Below, piece by piece: positions 1 to 12,242 of a DNA stretch of 64,000 bases. Below the pieces are notes generated by a model, which was not told where the DNA came from, did no database searches, and was given only the letters and a program-made list of their open reading frames with translations. This DNA is from Squalus acanthias (Eukaryota). A program made the translations under genes and the position numbers. Position 1 is the first letter of the stretch. Every line of letters begins with the position of its first letter. Where the stretch lies: the NCBI GenBank assembly GCA_030390025.1, contig CM059438.1:58034001-58098000 (forward strand), written 5' to 3'.

Positions 1-569
1 CCTGCTGGTCTTTTCTTGCTCTTTTGTTGGAATGTTGAGAAATCATGGACAAAATGTTTCATTTTTTAATCACAACTACAGTACTTTAAACAGTGTGCAG
101 CTTCAACAACAAACACAAGTGCATTGATCATGCCTCCTTTCTTGATTCTCTTCCCACACATTCAAGATTAGGGAGGGAAGAATTCACGTTTGAGTTTAAA
201 ATGTAGGGCTTATGCTGGACTGGTTGCAAAGTCAGCACTCCACATTTTCTGAACAGGCCACATGTCCAGCAATACTGGACCACTATTGCTATCGCTGCAA
301 TTTCAAATGCACCAGCTTCTTTTTGTTGTTTCATAAGACTCATTTTCGAAATTGTACTTGATTCTGAAATGTGTAGTCTAATTGAGCTTTTACTACATCC
401 TCCATATCCTGCAAGAAGTCCATCAAGGACAGCAGTGGAGGTTCCTGGCAGCCACATCCTGACACTTATGCCAAGATGCACTGAATTGCAGATTTTCCGG
501 GTGATAAGCCAGTAGGGAGGTTTTTAAAACAGTGAATCAAAGTGTAAAACACTTCAGAAGGGCATAGAC

Positions 570-1660
570 AGGTTAACGAATGAGTAGGCAGCCTGGCAGA
601 TGCAATTTAATCGGAGGAAAAGCAAGGAATGCGTGTACATATTCAATGGAAGATGCTGAAGGGTGTGGAGGGATAATGACTGCTAGGAATCCAAATACAT
701 AGGGGGAGAAATTGGGTAGGGCCTGACTAGAGGTGCGAAAATGGCTATGATACACGCCTGAAGAGAAACCAGTGAACTGTGGGCGCCACTTGGCCGCACT
801 GACACAGCTCGTTGGTCAGGCTCAGTGCACAATCAGCCAGCTTGGATGTTGAGGGGTGGGTGGCAAACGTGAGGGGGGCAACTGCGGATCGGCAGAGGCC
901 CGCAGTATTGCTGTGGAACCAGGAGGAGCACTGCTATTCCTTCTGACTCCACATTATGGTAAGTTAAAAAAAAGTTTACTTACCTTGTATCCAGCAGTCC
1001 CAATAAGAACTGCTGGTTAAGCTGCTGTAGAACCGGATAAATTCGTTGGAGCTTGTGTATGCAAGCTCTGCATAGTTTTTTGACCTACTTCAGATCGGGG
1101 TCCTAAAACAAGCTCAAGACCCTTAATTAGCATATGCAGGCGCCCAGGACCTAAATACCGCCTGATACAACTTTGCCTTCAGCACACTTCAGGGTGAATC
1201 GGGCGTGGGGCATAGCACCCCTAAATTCATGTTTTGCCCCGTTTTATGCCCAAAAAATGGGCGCAACGCATATCAATTTCTCCCCATAATTCCTTGAAAC
1301 TCCAAATGCGGATAGGTAAACCACAAAAAAAAGGCAAATAGCAGTTTAGTTTTATAAAAAAGGGCAAAGTTTACAAGAGCAAGGAAGTAATGACTCAATG
1401 ACAAGTCAGGAATTTGAAATTGTCCTGAGAGAGTAAGAAGAGATGTTAGAAGAAATTTCTTGATGCAGAGTTGTTGGATCATTATAGTACTTTGCCACAG
1501 GGATTAGTTGAGGGAGAGAACATTGCACCTTTTAAAGGAAATATGGATAAATATTTGAAGCAGAGGAGGACGCAGGGCTATGGGGAGACAGCTAGGTAGT
1601 AGGACAAAGAGCCGGCAGACTCAATGGGCTGAATTGCCCCCTTTTGTGGCCTAAATTTCT
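570..1660 (+). mobile_element. Old degraded CR1 3' fragment interrupted by a MITE
   Basis: Diverged matches to the CR1 RT C-terminus and tail seen elsewhere in the window. Sequence resumes across 702-1285. Confidence 0.55.
702..1285. mobile_element. Harbinger-type MITE
   Basis: TIR GGGGAGAAATTG / CAATTTCTCCCC, flanked by ATA on both sides. Confidence 0.7.
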
Positions 1661-1770
1661 ATGTTAAATTATATCAATTTCCACTTCACTCCACAGAAAA
1701 ACCTTCATTACTTTGTTATGCACTGAAGTTACCATTTTTCTACATATATAGATATTAACAAAATGCTCAC

Positions 1771-1843
1771 AAAGTCTCCTTTTCTTCTATAGTAAAATTT
1801 ATTGGGCATGTTCTGCAACCATTGAGGACTTCAGAACCAAGAC
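1771..1843 (-). CDS. Putative exon 2 of the same gene: (G)LGSEVLNGCRTCPINFTIEEKET
   Basis: TTATTCTAG acceptor and TT|GTGAGC donor. Open in the phase-1 frame, with CxxC and an N-F-T sequon. Lies in non-repetitive sequence. Confidence 0.45.
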
Positions 1844-2228
1844 CTAGAATAACTAGTACGGATCCAATTAAAATGGAAAGATTTTCAATTTTTGGCATGG
1901 AATAAGCATTCTGAGGTCAGAGTTACATATGTTACATAGGATAAAGGTCTCTGATGTGCATTGAGAGACAGTCATCCGAACAGTCTGGACTAAATTAAAA
2001 CACATGTCTCAGAGGTGGAAGGGCAGTGTTCATGCAACTCTCTCACTCAGTTCAAATTTGCCATTTTACACCTGTATTTTACATCACATTTTAAGCATCT
2101 TCCACAAGTTTCAATTACTGATGGCTGACATTCCACAAAGGCAGTCAGTGTCAAACAGCTCGATACAAGGTCCTGCATGAACAATGGTTGACAGTTAATT
2201 ACACAAATCAAGATCAGATTCTTCCTAC

Positions 2229-2286
2229 CTGAAGGCAAAGTGATGAGAATGGAAGACAGGATAAAATAAAATGTGAATGCTTCCAT
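2229..2286 (-). CDS. Putative signal-peptide exon of an unidentified gene: MEAFTFYFILSSILITLPS(G)
   Basis: Strong Kozak GTCACCATGG, hydrophobic 19 codons, TCAG|GTAGGA phase-1 donor, and a TATA-like box about 70 nt upstream. Confidence 0.55.
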
Positions 2287-2355
2287 GGTGACAGCAGTAT
2301 CTGCTGTACTTTGAAGCCAACCCCCCCCAACTCCCCAGGTGACACAAAATGGTGT

Positions 2356-2364
2356 ATTATATAG
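2356..2364 (-). promoter_or_regulatory. TATA-like box (CTATATAAT on - strand)
   Basis: Position about 70 nt upstream of the ATG at 2286. Confidence 0.4.
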
Positions 2365-3189
2365 CATCTGTTTTTAATGAGTGCCTTTGGGAATTATGAC
2401 ATCACATAATATTATGATGTCACTGGCCTACATCTGTTCAGTTTCAGCTGTATTTTACAGTTCATCTGACATAACAATGCAACATTGTGACATCATGATT
2501 TGATAGAGCACAAGTATGGGACACAAGCTGAGGACGGGAGGACGAACTAATCATAGAATGAGAAAGAACTTCTCTGGGCTAATTTTGGCAAAATTGTGTA
2601 TTGTGAAATATTGTTCGCTTCTGGAAATTTTCTCCACAGCCTTGTCCTGATTAGGAAGAGCACGTGGCCGTGTCAGTAACACATCAAGGAGTTCTGATGA
2701 GCACAAATTACAAGACTGAAATTGGAGTAGTTTATGTACAAATAGTTACAAGTCATACTGCCTTGTACGCAAACATATATTTGGAGTATTTTAATATGAA
2801 TAAATACATTTTAATACACACATACACACACACACAATTATCTTGTTATATTAGAGCATATAACATTTAGAATAAAGTGAGTTGTGAAGGATACAGTTTT
2901 GAGAGGAGCAATCACAAAGCATAATACAGTATAACTATGGTTAAAATACAGCATCTTCCCTCCCAGCATGAACCAGGAACACATATGACAAAAATGCACA
3001 CTTCCAGCCTGCGATTTTCCATTCATTACTTTTAATGGATGGAAAATCATAAGCTGGAAACGTACAATTTTCTGATATGTACTTTCAACTCTACTGATGA
3101 GTGCTGGAGTAGAATTTTTACCACAGTTGTTCTCCCATGGCTTTACTCAAGGATTTAAAAAATGTGCCTCTCTTTCTTGAGCACATGAT

Positions 3190-3886
3190 GGGCCGAAAAT
3201 TGATCCCGGGACGCGAGAGTACGCACTGCATACTCTCGCGTATTCCCACTCCAATTGCCGGTTTTCTGCATGCCCTGCGCATGCGCTGAAAACCGGCAAT
3301 TGCTCTTCCGAAAAGGGGGCGGGGCCTGGGTGCATCGCGTGCGCGCTACAGGCTGCGCGCACGCTGTGCACTTCATGCTTTGGACGCGCAGGTAAGTAGG
3401 GAAGATTTTGGAAATGTAAAAAGGAGGAGTAAGACCCGCTTTTAAGAAGGTAAGTAGTGAATTAAGTATTTTTTTGAATTTTTTTTTACAGGTATATCTT
3501 TTTTATAGACTTTAAAGACAGGTAAGTTTATTTTTATAACTTTTTAAAAGATTTTAAATTTTTTCAAAAATTTAATTTTTTATTTAAAATGGTTAATTTA
3601 ATTAACTATACTTATTTTATTAATGTGATGGGTTTTGTTTTTAATTTAATTGAGGTTTAGCTGAGACTTATGAATGGAAGATGGTGTGCTGCCATTGGCT
3701 CTAACTGAGTCACGTGATCCCACAGCTCGCACGAATTCACTACGCCGCTGGGATACGCAAGCCCAGCACAGCTGATGTCTGGAACATCAAGTTCGTGCGA
3801 GCTGGATCAGAAAAAGCATAAGCGAGGTGAGACATCGCGGGGAAGGCTTACCCCCGCGGGAACAGAGCGAGATCAATTTCTGGGCC
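3190..3886. mobile_element. Harbinger-type MITE, related to 35872-36641 in the opposite orientation
   Basis: TIR GGGCCGAAAATTGATC / GATCAATTTCTGGGCC (13/16). Flanks GAT/TAT. CpG-rich arms around an AT-rich core. Confidence 0.7.
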
Positions 3887-4234
3887 TATAGACTGATTCT
3901 CCCAGTGTCGTACTGGGATGTTCAACATTATTGGAGGTGCTGTTTCTGTGTTCCGGTGGCTCAAGTGCACTCACAGATTCCAATACACAATTCAAAGAAG
4001 TGTATGGATTCCTTAGTCCCAAAATTCCTGGGAGGATGATACTACGGCATTCACCAGGTCAAGGAGCAGGAATTTGGAGCAGGACCCGGTCCCGCTAAGT
4101 CTCCATCCTTTTCTGCCCACGTGCCAAAATTCTGTATCTTGCTCCTACCACACCCACTTCTACCCTGACGTCATTGAAAGATTGAATGATGATCTACGCC
4201 AGCTTCACCTTTCCTGTACCAATGTACTGCTACA

Positions 4235-4454
4235 TGAAATAAAAACAGTAAATGCTGGAAATACTCAGCAGGTCAGGCAGCATCTGTGGAGAGAGAAACG
4301 GAGTTAACGTTTCAGGTCAATGACCCTTCGTCAGGGTCATCAACCTGAAACGTTAACTCCGTTTCTCTCTCCACAGATGCTGCCTGACCTGCTGAGTATT
4401 TCCAGCATTTTCTGTTTTTATTTCAGATTTCCAGCATCCGCAGTATTTTGCATT
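4235..4454. mobile_element. Penelope-type terminal-repeat fragment arranged as a near-perfect inverted repeat
   Basis: Arms of about 93 bp (4235-4327 / 4333-4425) with 3 mismatches. Same family as 16158-16335. Flanking 15-bp direct repeat TGTACTGCTACATGA / TGTACCACTACATGA. Confidence 0.75.
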
Positions 4455-4940
4455 TGTACCACTACATGATGCAGGCTTACTTGCAGCAAGATGTAAGTGA
4501 GGTCCACAATGCTGTTTCCCCAACAGCAATTAATCGCAGAGCAAACAATTGTCATTAAGAAAAAGGCAACAGAACACTGCAGGTTTTTAAAAAGAAAAGA
4601 TTTCTTCTATCTACGGCCAAAACACCCTGTTCTCCCTCCCCCTCCAACAGAGCAGTAAGGTGCCACTCGGATATTCCTGGTCCTCCACAGGGCAGGTGAC
4701 CAGGAAGATGCTCACTCCCTTTATATTAACGACCACATCCACAAAGTTTGGGTTGGGATCAACAGCAGGCCAGATTGGCAGCCAGAAGTCCCACCCGGTC
4801 ACACTTCATGGGAAATAGAGGGTTCAAAGAATTTTGGGCCTCCCATGCAACCCACTGCTGTTTGTGGGATATTGAAACATAGGAACAGGAATAGGCCATT
4901 TAGCCCCTCAAACCTGTTCCACCATTCAATGAGATCATGG

Positions 4941-7427
4941 CGAGATAGAAACGGGGATAAAAAAGGTGGTGGGGGGGGGGTCGCAATATTGATTAAAGAA
5001 TCAATTACAGCTGTGAGGAGAGAGGATATCTTAGAAGGATCATCAAATGAGGCCATGTGGGTTGAACTAAAAAACAAAAAAGGGGCAATTACACTGCTGG
5101 GAGTGTACTATAGACCTCCGAACAGTCAGAGGGAGATAGAAGAGCAAATATGTAGGCAAATTTCTGAGACGTGCAAAAATAGGGCAGCAATAGTAGGGGA
5201 TTTCAACTTCCCTAATATTAACTGGGATAAAATTATTGTGAAAGGCATAGAGGGAGCAGAATTCTTAAAATGCATTCAGGAGAACTTTTGTAGCCAGTAC
5301 GTAGCAAGCCCAACAAGAGAGGCGGCGGTTCTGGACCTAGTTTTAGGGAATGAAGCTGGGCAGGTGGAAAGGGTATCAGTGGGAGAGCATATTGGTGGTA
5401 GTGATCATAATTCAGTTAGATTTAGCGTAGTTATGGAAAAGGACAAGGATGGACCAGGAATAAAAGTTCTCAATTGCGGAAAAGCTAATTTTACTAAGCT
5501 GAGAAGTGATTTAGCCAAAGTGGACTGGAGACAGAAACTTGAAGGTAAATCAGTGTCAGAGCAGTGGGAGGCATTCAAGGAGGAGATAGTGAGGGTTCAG
5601 AGCAAGTATGTTCCCTTAAAGAAAAAGGGTGGGACTAACTAATCTAGAGCTCCCTGGATGTCAAGGGACATACAGGGAAGGATAAAGAAAAAAAGGGAAG
5701 CTTATGACAGATATCGAGGACTCAATACTGCAGAAAGCCGAGAGGAGTATCGAAAGTGCAGGGGTGAAATCAAAAAGGAAATTAGGAAAGCAAAGAGAGG
5801 GCATGAAAAAATATTGGCAAGTAAAATTAAGGAAAACCCAAAGATGTTTTATAAATACATTAAGAGCAAGAGGATAACAAAAGTAAGAGTACGGCCTATT
5901 AGGGACCATAAAGGTAACCTGTGTGTGGAAGCGAAAGACATAGGTATGGTTCTTAATGAATACTTTGCGTCTGTTTTCACAACAGAGAGGGACGATTCAG
6001 ACATTGCAATCAGGGAGGAGGATTGTGAAATAGTAGCTGAAATAAACATAGTGAAAGAGGAAGTATTAAGGGGTTTAGCATTTTTAAAAGTTGGTAAATC
6101 CCCAGGCCCGGATGAAATGTATCCCAGGCTGTTAAAAGAAGAGAGGAAATAGCAGAGGCTCTGACCATCATTTTCCAATCCTCTCTGGCTACAGGTGTGG
6201 TGCCAGGAGGACTGGAGGACTGCTAACGTGGTACCGTTGTTTAAAAAGGGAAAAAGGGATAGACCGAGTAATTACAGGCTAGTCAGCCTAATCTTGGTGG
6301 TAGGAAAATTATTGGAAAAAATTCTGAGGGACAGGATAAAGCTTCATTTAGAAAGACATGGATTAATCAGGGACAGTCAGCATGGATTTGTTAAGGGAAG
6401 GTCGTGTCTGACTAACTTGATTGAATTTTTTGAGGAAGTAACAAGGAGGGTTGATGTGGGCAGTGCATTTGATGTAATCTATATGGATTTTAGCAAGGTT
6501 TTTGATACAGTCCCGCATGGCAAACTGGTCACGAAAGTAAAAGCCCATGGGATCCAAGGCAAAGTGGCAAGTTGGATCCAAAATTGCCTCAGAGGCAGGA
6601 AACGAAGGATAATGGTCGTGGGGTGTTTTTGTGACTGGAAGGCTGTTTCTAGTGGGGTTCCACAGGGCTCTGGGTCCTTTGCTTTTTGTGGTATATATCA
6701 ATGATTTGGACTTGAATGTAGGAAGTATGATTAAGAAATTTGCAGATGATACAAAAATTGCCCGTGTGGTTGATAATGAAGAAAACTGCAGACTGCAGGA
6801 AGATATCAATGGACTGGTCAGGTGGGCAGAACAGTGGCAAATGGAATTCAATCTGGAGAAGTGTGAGGTAATGCATTTGGGGAGGGATAACAAGGCAAGG
6901 GAATACACAATAAATGGTAGGACACTGAGAAGTGCAGAAAATCAGAGGGATCCCTGAAGGTAGCAGGACAGGTAGATAAGGTGGTTAAGAAGGCATACGG
7001 GATACTTGCCTTTATTAGCTGAAGCATTTAATATAAGAGCAGGGAGGTTATGCTTGAACTGTATAAAACACTAGTTAGGCCGCAGCTAGAATACTGCGTG
7101 TGGTTCTGGTCACCACATTACAGGAAGGATGTGATTGCACTAGAGGGGGTGCAGAGGAGATTTACGAGGATGTTGCCTGGGCTGGGGAATTTTAGCTTGG
7201 AGGAAAGATTGGATAGGCTGTGGTTGTTTTCTTTGGAACAGAGGAGGCTGAGGGGAGATCTAATTGAGGTGTATCAAATTATGAGGGGCCTAGATAAGGT
7301 GGATAGGAAGGACCTATTTCCCTTAGCAGAAGGGTCAATAACCAGGGGTCATATATTTAAAGTAATTGGTCAGAAGTTTAGTGGTGATTTGAATCGAATT
7401 TTTTTCACCCAGAGGGTGGTAGGGGTA
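4941..7427 (+). mobile_element. CR1 LINE ORF2 (APE endonuclease + RT), truncated and frameshifted
   Basis: GVYYRPPN, VGDFNFP, SDHN, KSPGPD, QHGF, DFSKVFD, GVPQGS, FADDTK motifs across ORFs 4845-7469. Confidence 0.95.
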
Positions 7428-8292
7428 GAGGCAGAGTTAAAGCCCAGGTGTGTAGCAAGATGTCAATGAGCATGTACTGGGATTAGGTGGGAATAGGCTG
7501 TGTCGAAGCTGGCACAACCTCCACAAGTGAGAAAAACCTGGGGTGTTTGGATTGAGACTTAGGTTTGGCATGTAAGATGGAGTGTGTAGAAGCAGCAGTG
7601 GAACAATGATGGAATGGGCATTTGAGGCTCAGTCTGGGGCATTGGGTGTGGAGCACTTAGGGCCAACAATTTTCTTTCACACAAGTCTGCCACTTTCACT
7701 GAGGCTTCAGTTCTATGTGAGCTTTGCTTCAAATATTTCCTAGGCTCTCATGCTGCTACAATGATGAGTCTGTCATTTTTATGTTCATTAAAATCTTACT
7801 CCCAACTATTGTAACGAATAAAGATGGCTTTATTATTAAGCAATCCATCTTTATTTAATTTCTGGAATCTTCAGGAGAGAAATATCTTTTTCTGTTTCCT
7901 TTTCTCAGGATAGTTTTTACTTGACCTGCGCAGACAGGATGCGGGAAGGCAACAGACACCGGAGCCCCAAAGAAAGTGGCAAGCCTTCATGAAGGAAATT
8001 TGTTGCAGGTATTTGTATGGTTTGATAGGCGCTTCAGGTAACTATGGTAATCTCATCAGCACAAGCCTCAGGTTTCCAACAGAAAATGTTGTTAAAGGCA
8101 TTTCAAACACAGGTAAATTTAATAATTTTAGTTAAAATTTTGTAACATATCTATTATGTTAGAAACCTTATTTTCAGGAGTGAGTCCTCAACTTAATATA
8201 TTTACCAAGATGGTGCCTCAAGGGATTTTCAGAAAATATTTGCAGTTATTTACTGGATTCCCTTCCCCTTTTATTAGATTTTACTGACTGCT

Positions 8293-8817
8293 CATAGAAT
8301 CATAGAATGATGCAGCACAGAAGGAGGTCATTTGGCCCATCGTGCCTGTGCTGGCTGTGTGAAAGAGCTATCCAATTAGTCCCACTCCTCTGCCATTTCC
8401 CCATGCCGTACAATTTTTTTTCCCTTCAAGTATTTACCCAATTCCCTTTTTAAAATTATGATTGAATCTACTTCCACCACCTTTTTATGTAGTGCATTCC
8501 AGATCATCATAACTCGCTGCATCTAAAAAATTCTTCTCATCTCGCCTCTGGTTCTTTTGCCAATTACCTTAAATCTGTGTTCTCTGGTTACCAATCTATT
8601 TACTTATTTACTCTATCAAAGCCCTCCATGATTTTGAACCCCTCTATTGAAATTCCACTTAACCGTCTCTGCTATAAGGAGAACAATCCCATGCTTCTCT
8701 AGTATCTCCACATAACTAAAGTCCCGCATCGCTGGTACCATTCTAGTAAATCACCTCTGCACATTCTCTAAGGTCTTGACATCTTCCTAAAGTGTGATGC
8801 ATACAATTGGACACAAT
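8293..8817 (-). mobile_element. CR1 3' fragment
   Basis: CATAGAAT tail repeats on + strand, followed by the antisense CR1 3' end. Confidence 0.85.
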
Positions 8818-10320
8818 GACCCCGATATTTACTCGGAGACACGTTGGGAGCCGGGGGGGGGGGGGGGTCCGACATTGCGCGGAAAACCCAGAAGGTTCAG
8901 CGCATCTGTCTGTGGATTTTTAACACAGTCAGTTCATTAGCATTTTACTTCCGGGTTTGACGTCCAATCAGCGGCAGCGGGCGTGATGAGGACCCGCATG
9001 AGGCGATCTCAACTCCAGTATTTAAAGGGCAATCCAAAGATGCAATTTGGAGGAGTTGAGAGGTTTGGAACAGACAGTAATCATAGAAGATGGAATCAGA
9101 ACGCTCAAAGTCTGCGCTCCGCTTTCAACAACGCCTCCCTTGATGTGCTGCTGGGGGCTGAGGAGCTGCAGAGATACTCTTTTCTAGCAATGGGAGAAAG
9201 AAACCTGCTGCTGCCACAAACAAGGCGCGGCTGAAGGTCGCCCAGGAGATCAGCAGCAGGAGCTTAGTGCCACGCTCCTGGATTAAGTGCAGGAAGCGCT
9301 TCAATGACCTAACCAGGTCAGGAAAGGGGAGTCCAGCTGCACATTCACCTACATCCTGCTGCACGCATCACCCCAACCCCTCACTTTGCCTTGTCAAACC
9401 TACTCCATCACATCACTCCTCACACACACTTGTACGCCCACCCATTTTTCTCTTTATATACACTTCCTCACATCCCCATCTATCCATTCACCACGCCCAC
9501 TCACCCTTATCCTTATGCAATTTCATGCCTCTACCTCAGTCACCCTCACCAAATGCACTGCATCCATCGGGTGAACACATGCCATTACACTCACTCAAAG
9601 GCCTGTTCTTTCCCTTGTTACAGAAGAGAGCACAGAACACGAGGGAGTGAGAGAGAAATGGAGGTGGGCCTCCACGCATTTGCCAGTTAAAAAGTGCAGA
9701 GGCGGCGGCACTGGAGATCAGTGGAGTTTCGGCATCTCTAGGCATTGGAGCTCCCAGCTACCTGGTGACAACTAAATATTAGTGACCCACATATCATACG
9801 GCACTCAGTCATGTTGACTTGATTTCAACAGCAAGTGAAATATGATCATTTCATAATGAAAGGTTGCAACATCCTTACCTTGCCAGTACAAATTCATGTC
9901 TTTTATCTCAGACAGGGCAGTCACACGTGCAGCACAAGTCGGTGGAGATCGAGGACGACAATTCCTCAGAGGAGCTGAATCCTTCGGAGGGTGCACCGTC
10001 ACAGGACTCATGCTTAATAGGCACCAGAGCAAATACTCGCACTTCGGTGGGACCTCGTAGACAGATAGTTGGGTTTTCACCTGGTGACTCACACTTCACA
10101 AGTGGTGGCAGGGACAGCAGTGGAGTCCGCGTTGGAGGGCGCAGCGCGCTCTAAGCTCTGCTCAGCTGAACACAAATGCTATGAAAAGGAGAATCATTGA
10201 GCAGCAGCACAGAATGTGCAATGCACTGACAAGCTTTCCAAGCACACTGACCATGATTGCAGAGACAATGGAAGAGTTCACCTCAAGCATGAATGGGTTA
10301 ATGTTGCAGGGCATTGTGAT
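8818..10320 (+). mobile_element. Harbinger left half with degraded three-exon Myb/SANT-like gene
   Basis: End GACCCCGATATTT. RSWIKCRKRFNDLTRSGK motif and exon-2-like KRAQN. Homologous to 37812 and 56044. Cut by a CR1 at 10321. Confidence 0.8.
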
Positions 10321-11358
10321 CATAGAATCATAGAATGGTTACAGCACGGAAGGCCATTCAACCCGTCGAGCCCATGCCGGCTCTCTGCAAGAGCACTTCA
10401 GCTAGTCCCACTCCCCCACCCTTTTCTCATAGCCCTGCAAATTTTTCCCTTCAGGTACTTATCCAAATCCCTTTTGAAAGATAAGATTGAGTCTGCCTCC
10501 ACCACCCTTTCAGGCAATGCATTCCAGATCCCAACCACTCGCTGCGTAAAAAAGTTTTTTCTTATGTCACCTTTGGTTCTTTTGCCAATCATCCTCTGGT
10601 TCTCGACCCTTCTGCCAATGGGATCAGTTTTTCTCTGTCTACTCTATCCAGACCTTTTTTGAACACCTCTATCAAATATCCTCTCACTCTTCTCTGCTCT
10701 AAGGAGAACAACCCCAGCTTCTCCAGTCTATCCACGTAACTGAAGTCCTTCATCCCTGGAATCATTCTCGTAAATCTTTTCTGCACCCTCTCTAAGGCCT
10801 TCACATCCTTCCTAAAGTGCAGTGCCCAGAATTGGACACAATACTCCAGTTGAGGCCGAACCAGTGTTTTATAGAGGTTCATCATAATTTCCACTCTTTT
10901 GTACTCTGTGCCTCTATTTATGAAGCCCAGGATTCCATAAGCTTTAACTGCTTTCTCAACCTGCCCTGCCACTTTCAACGATTTGTACACATATATCCCT
11001 AGGTCTCACTTTAAACCCTTTAGTTTATATTCCCTCTCCTCATTCTTTCGACCAAAATGTATCACTTCGTACTTTTCTACATTAAATTTCATCTGCTACG
11101 TATCCACCCATTCCACCAGCCTGTCTATGTCCTCTTGAAGTCTATCACTATTCTCCCCACTGTTCACTATACTTCCAAGTTTTGTGTCATCTGCAGATTT
11201 TGAAATTGTGCCCTGTACACCCACAGCCAAACCATTAATATATATCAAGAAAAGCAGTGGTCCTAGAACCGACCCCTGGGGAACACCACTGTATACCTTC
11301 CCCCAGTCCGAAAAACAACTATTCACCACTACTCTGTTTCCTGTCACTTAGCCAACTT
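10321..11358 (-). mobile_element. CR1 3' part (RT C-terminus and tail)
   Basis: ORFs 11096-11347 ([10 protein letters not shown]), 10589-10990 (LYKTLVRPQLEYCVQFW), 10398-10592. Confidence 0.93.
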
Positions 11359-12242
11359 AGTCATGGCAAAGGGGAAGCAGCATTCAACCGCGTTCTGGAT
11401 GCAGAACAGGGACGAGTCCGACATGTCTTGCTCTGCAAGTCAACATAATAAAGAGCTTACATGCAGAGATTTATTTATGTACATGCTTCCCCTTTGCCAT
11501 GACGGCTGTATTGGAGCTGCTTGTTATTGGTTGAGATTGCTTTCTTCTTCTGGGCTGGATGCACTCAAGGCTCAAGCTTCTTACAAAGGCACAGCCTCTG
11601 ATGAAAAAACGGTCAGAGATTTCAAACAGAAATGCTAATCTATAGGTAAGTTTAGTCGTTTTGTAATTTGTGATGCCTTATAAATATTACTTCCAGTAGC
11701 AACTGCTGATTGGAAATTCAAAATATATTTGGATTGATTTGATTGGTTTGCCTTCATTTGTAACAGTTATTGTTGCCCAATTATTCGTTTTATGAATTTC
11801 ATGATTGGTAGTTTTCATTCCTCCTTGCTGGTATGCTCAATTGTGATGCGTAGCAGTTTTATGAATACAAAATTTGAGCCAGCTACAAATAATTTGCACA
11901 TACAAATGTGTGATGCTGAAATGTGACATGATGGACAAACCACGCATTATGCAGTAGACAGATAGACCATATCTGAGTCAATCAGAATTTCAAGTATACT
12001 TTCTCACATCCTACTCACATGAGCTGTACACAAGAATTTCAGTTACAGATTTACATACGCACCATCTCCTACATAGGAAATAGTTATAGTAGACTTGCCT
12101 CTACACATATACAAGAATAGAATTTATTAAGAGCAATGCTCAAGCATTTTAGTTATAAGCTAAAGCTACTACGTATAAACTTTCTAAGCTTCACAATCTC
12201 ATAACCTATTATCACCACCAGACCCCACTGCTGAGTTACCTC

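Noticed and set aside
128..481. 117-aa minus-strand ORF
   Set aside because: GTG start and no recognisable domain. Not supportable as a stand-alone gene.
2047..2367. 106-aa ORF as a single-exon gene
   Set aside because: Only the 58-nt part from the Kozak ATG to the donor looks coding. The rest is 5' flank or intron read-through.
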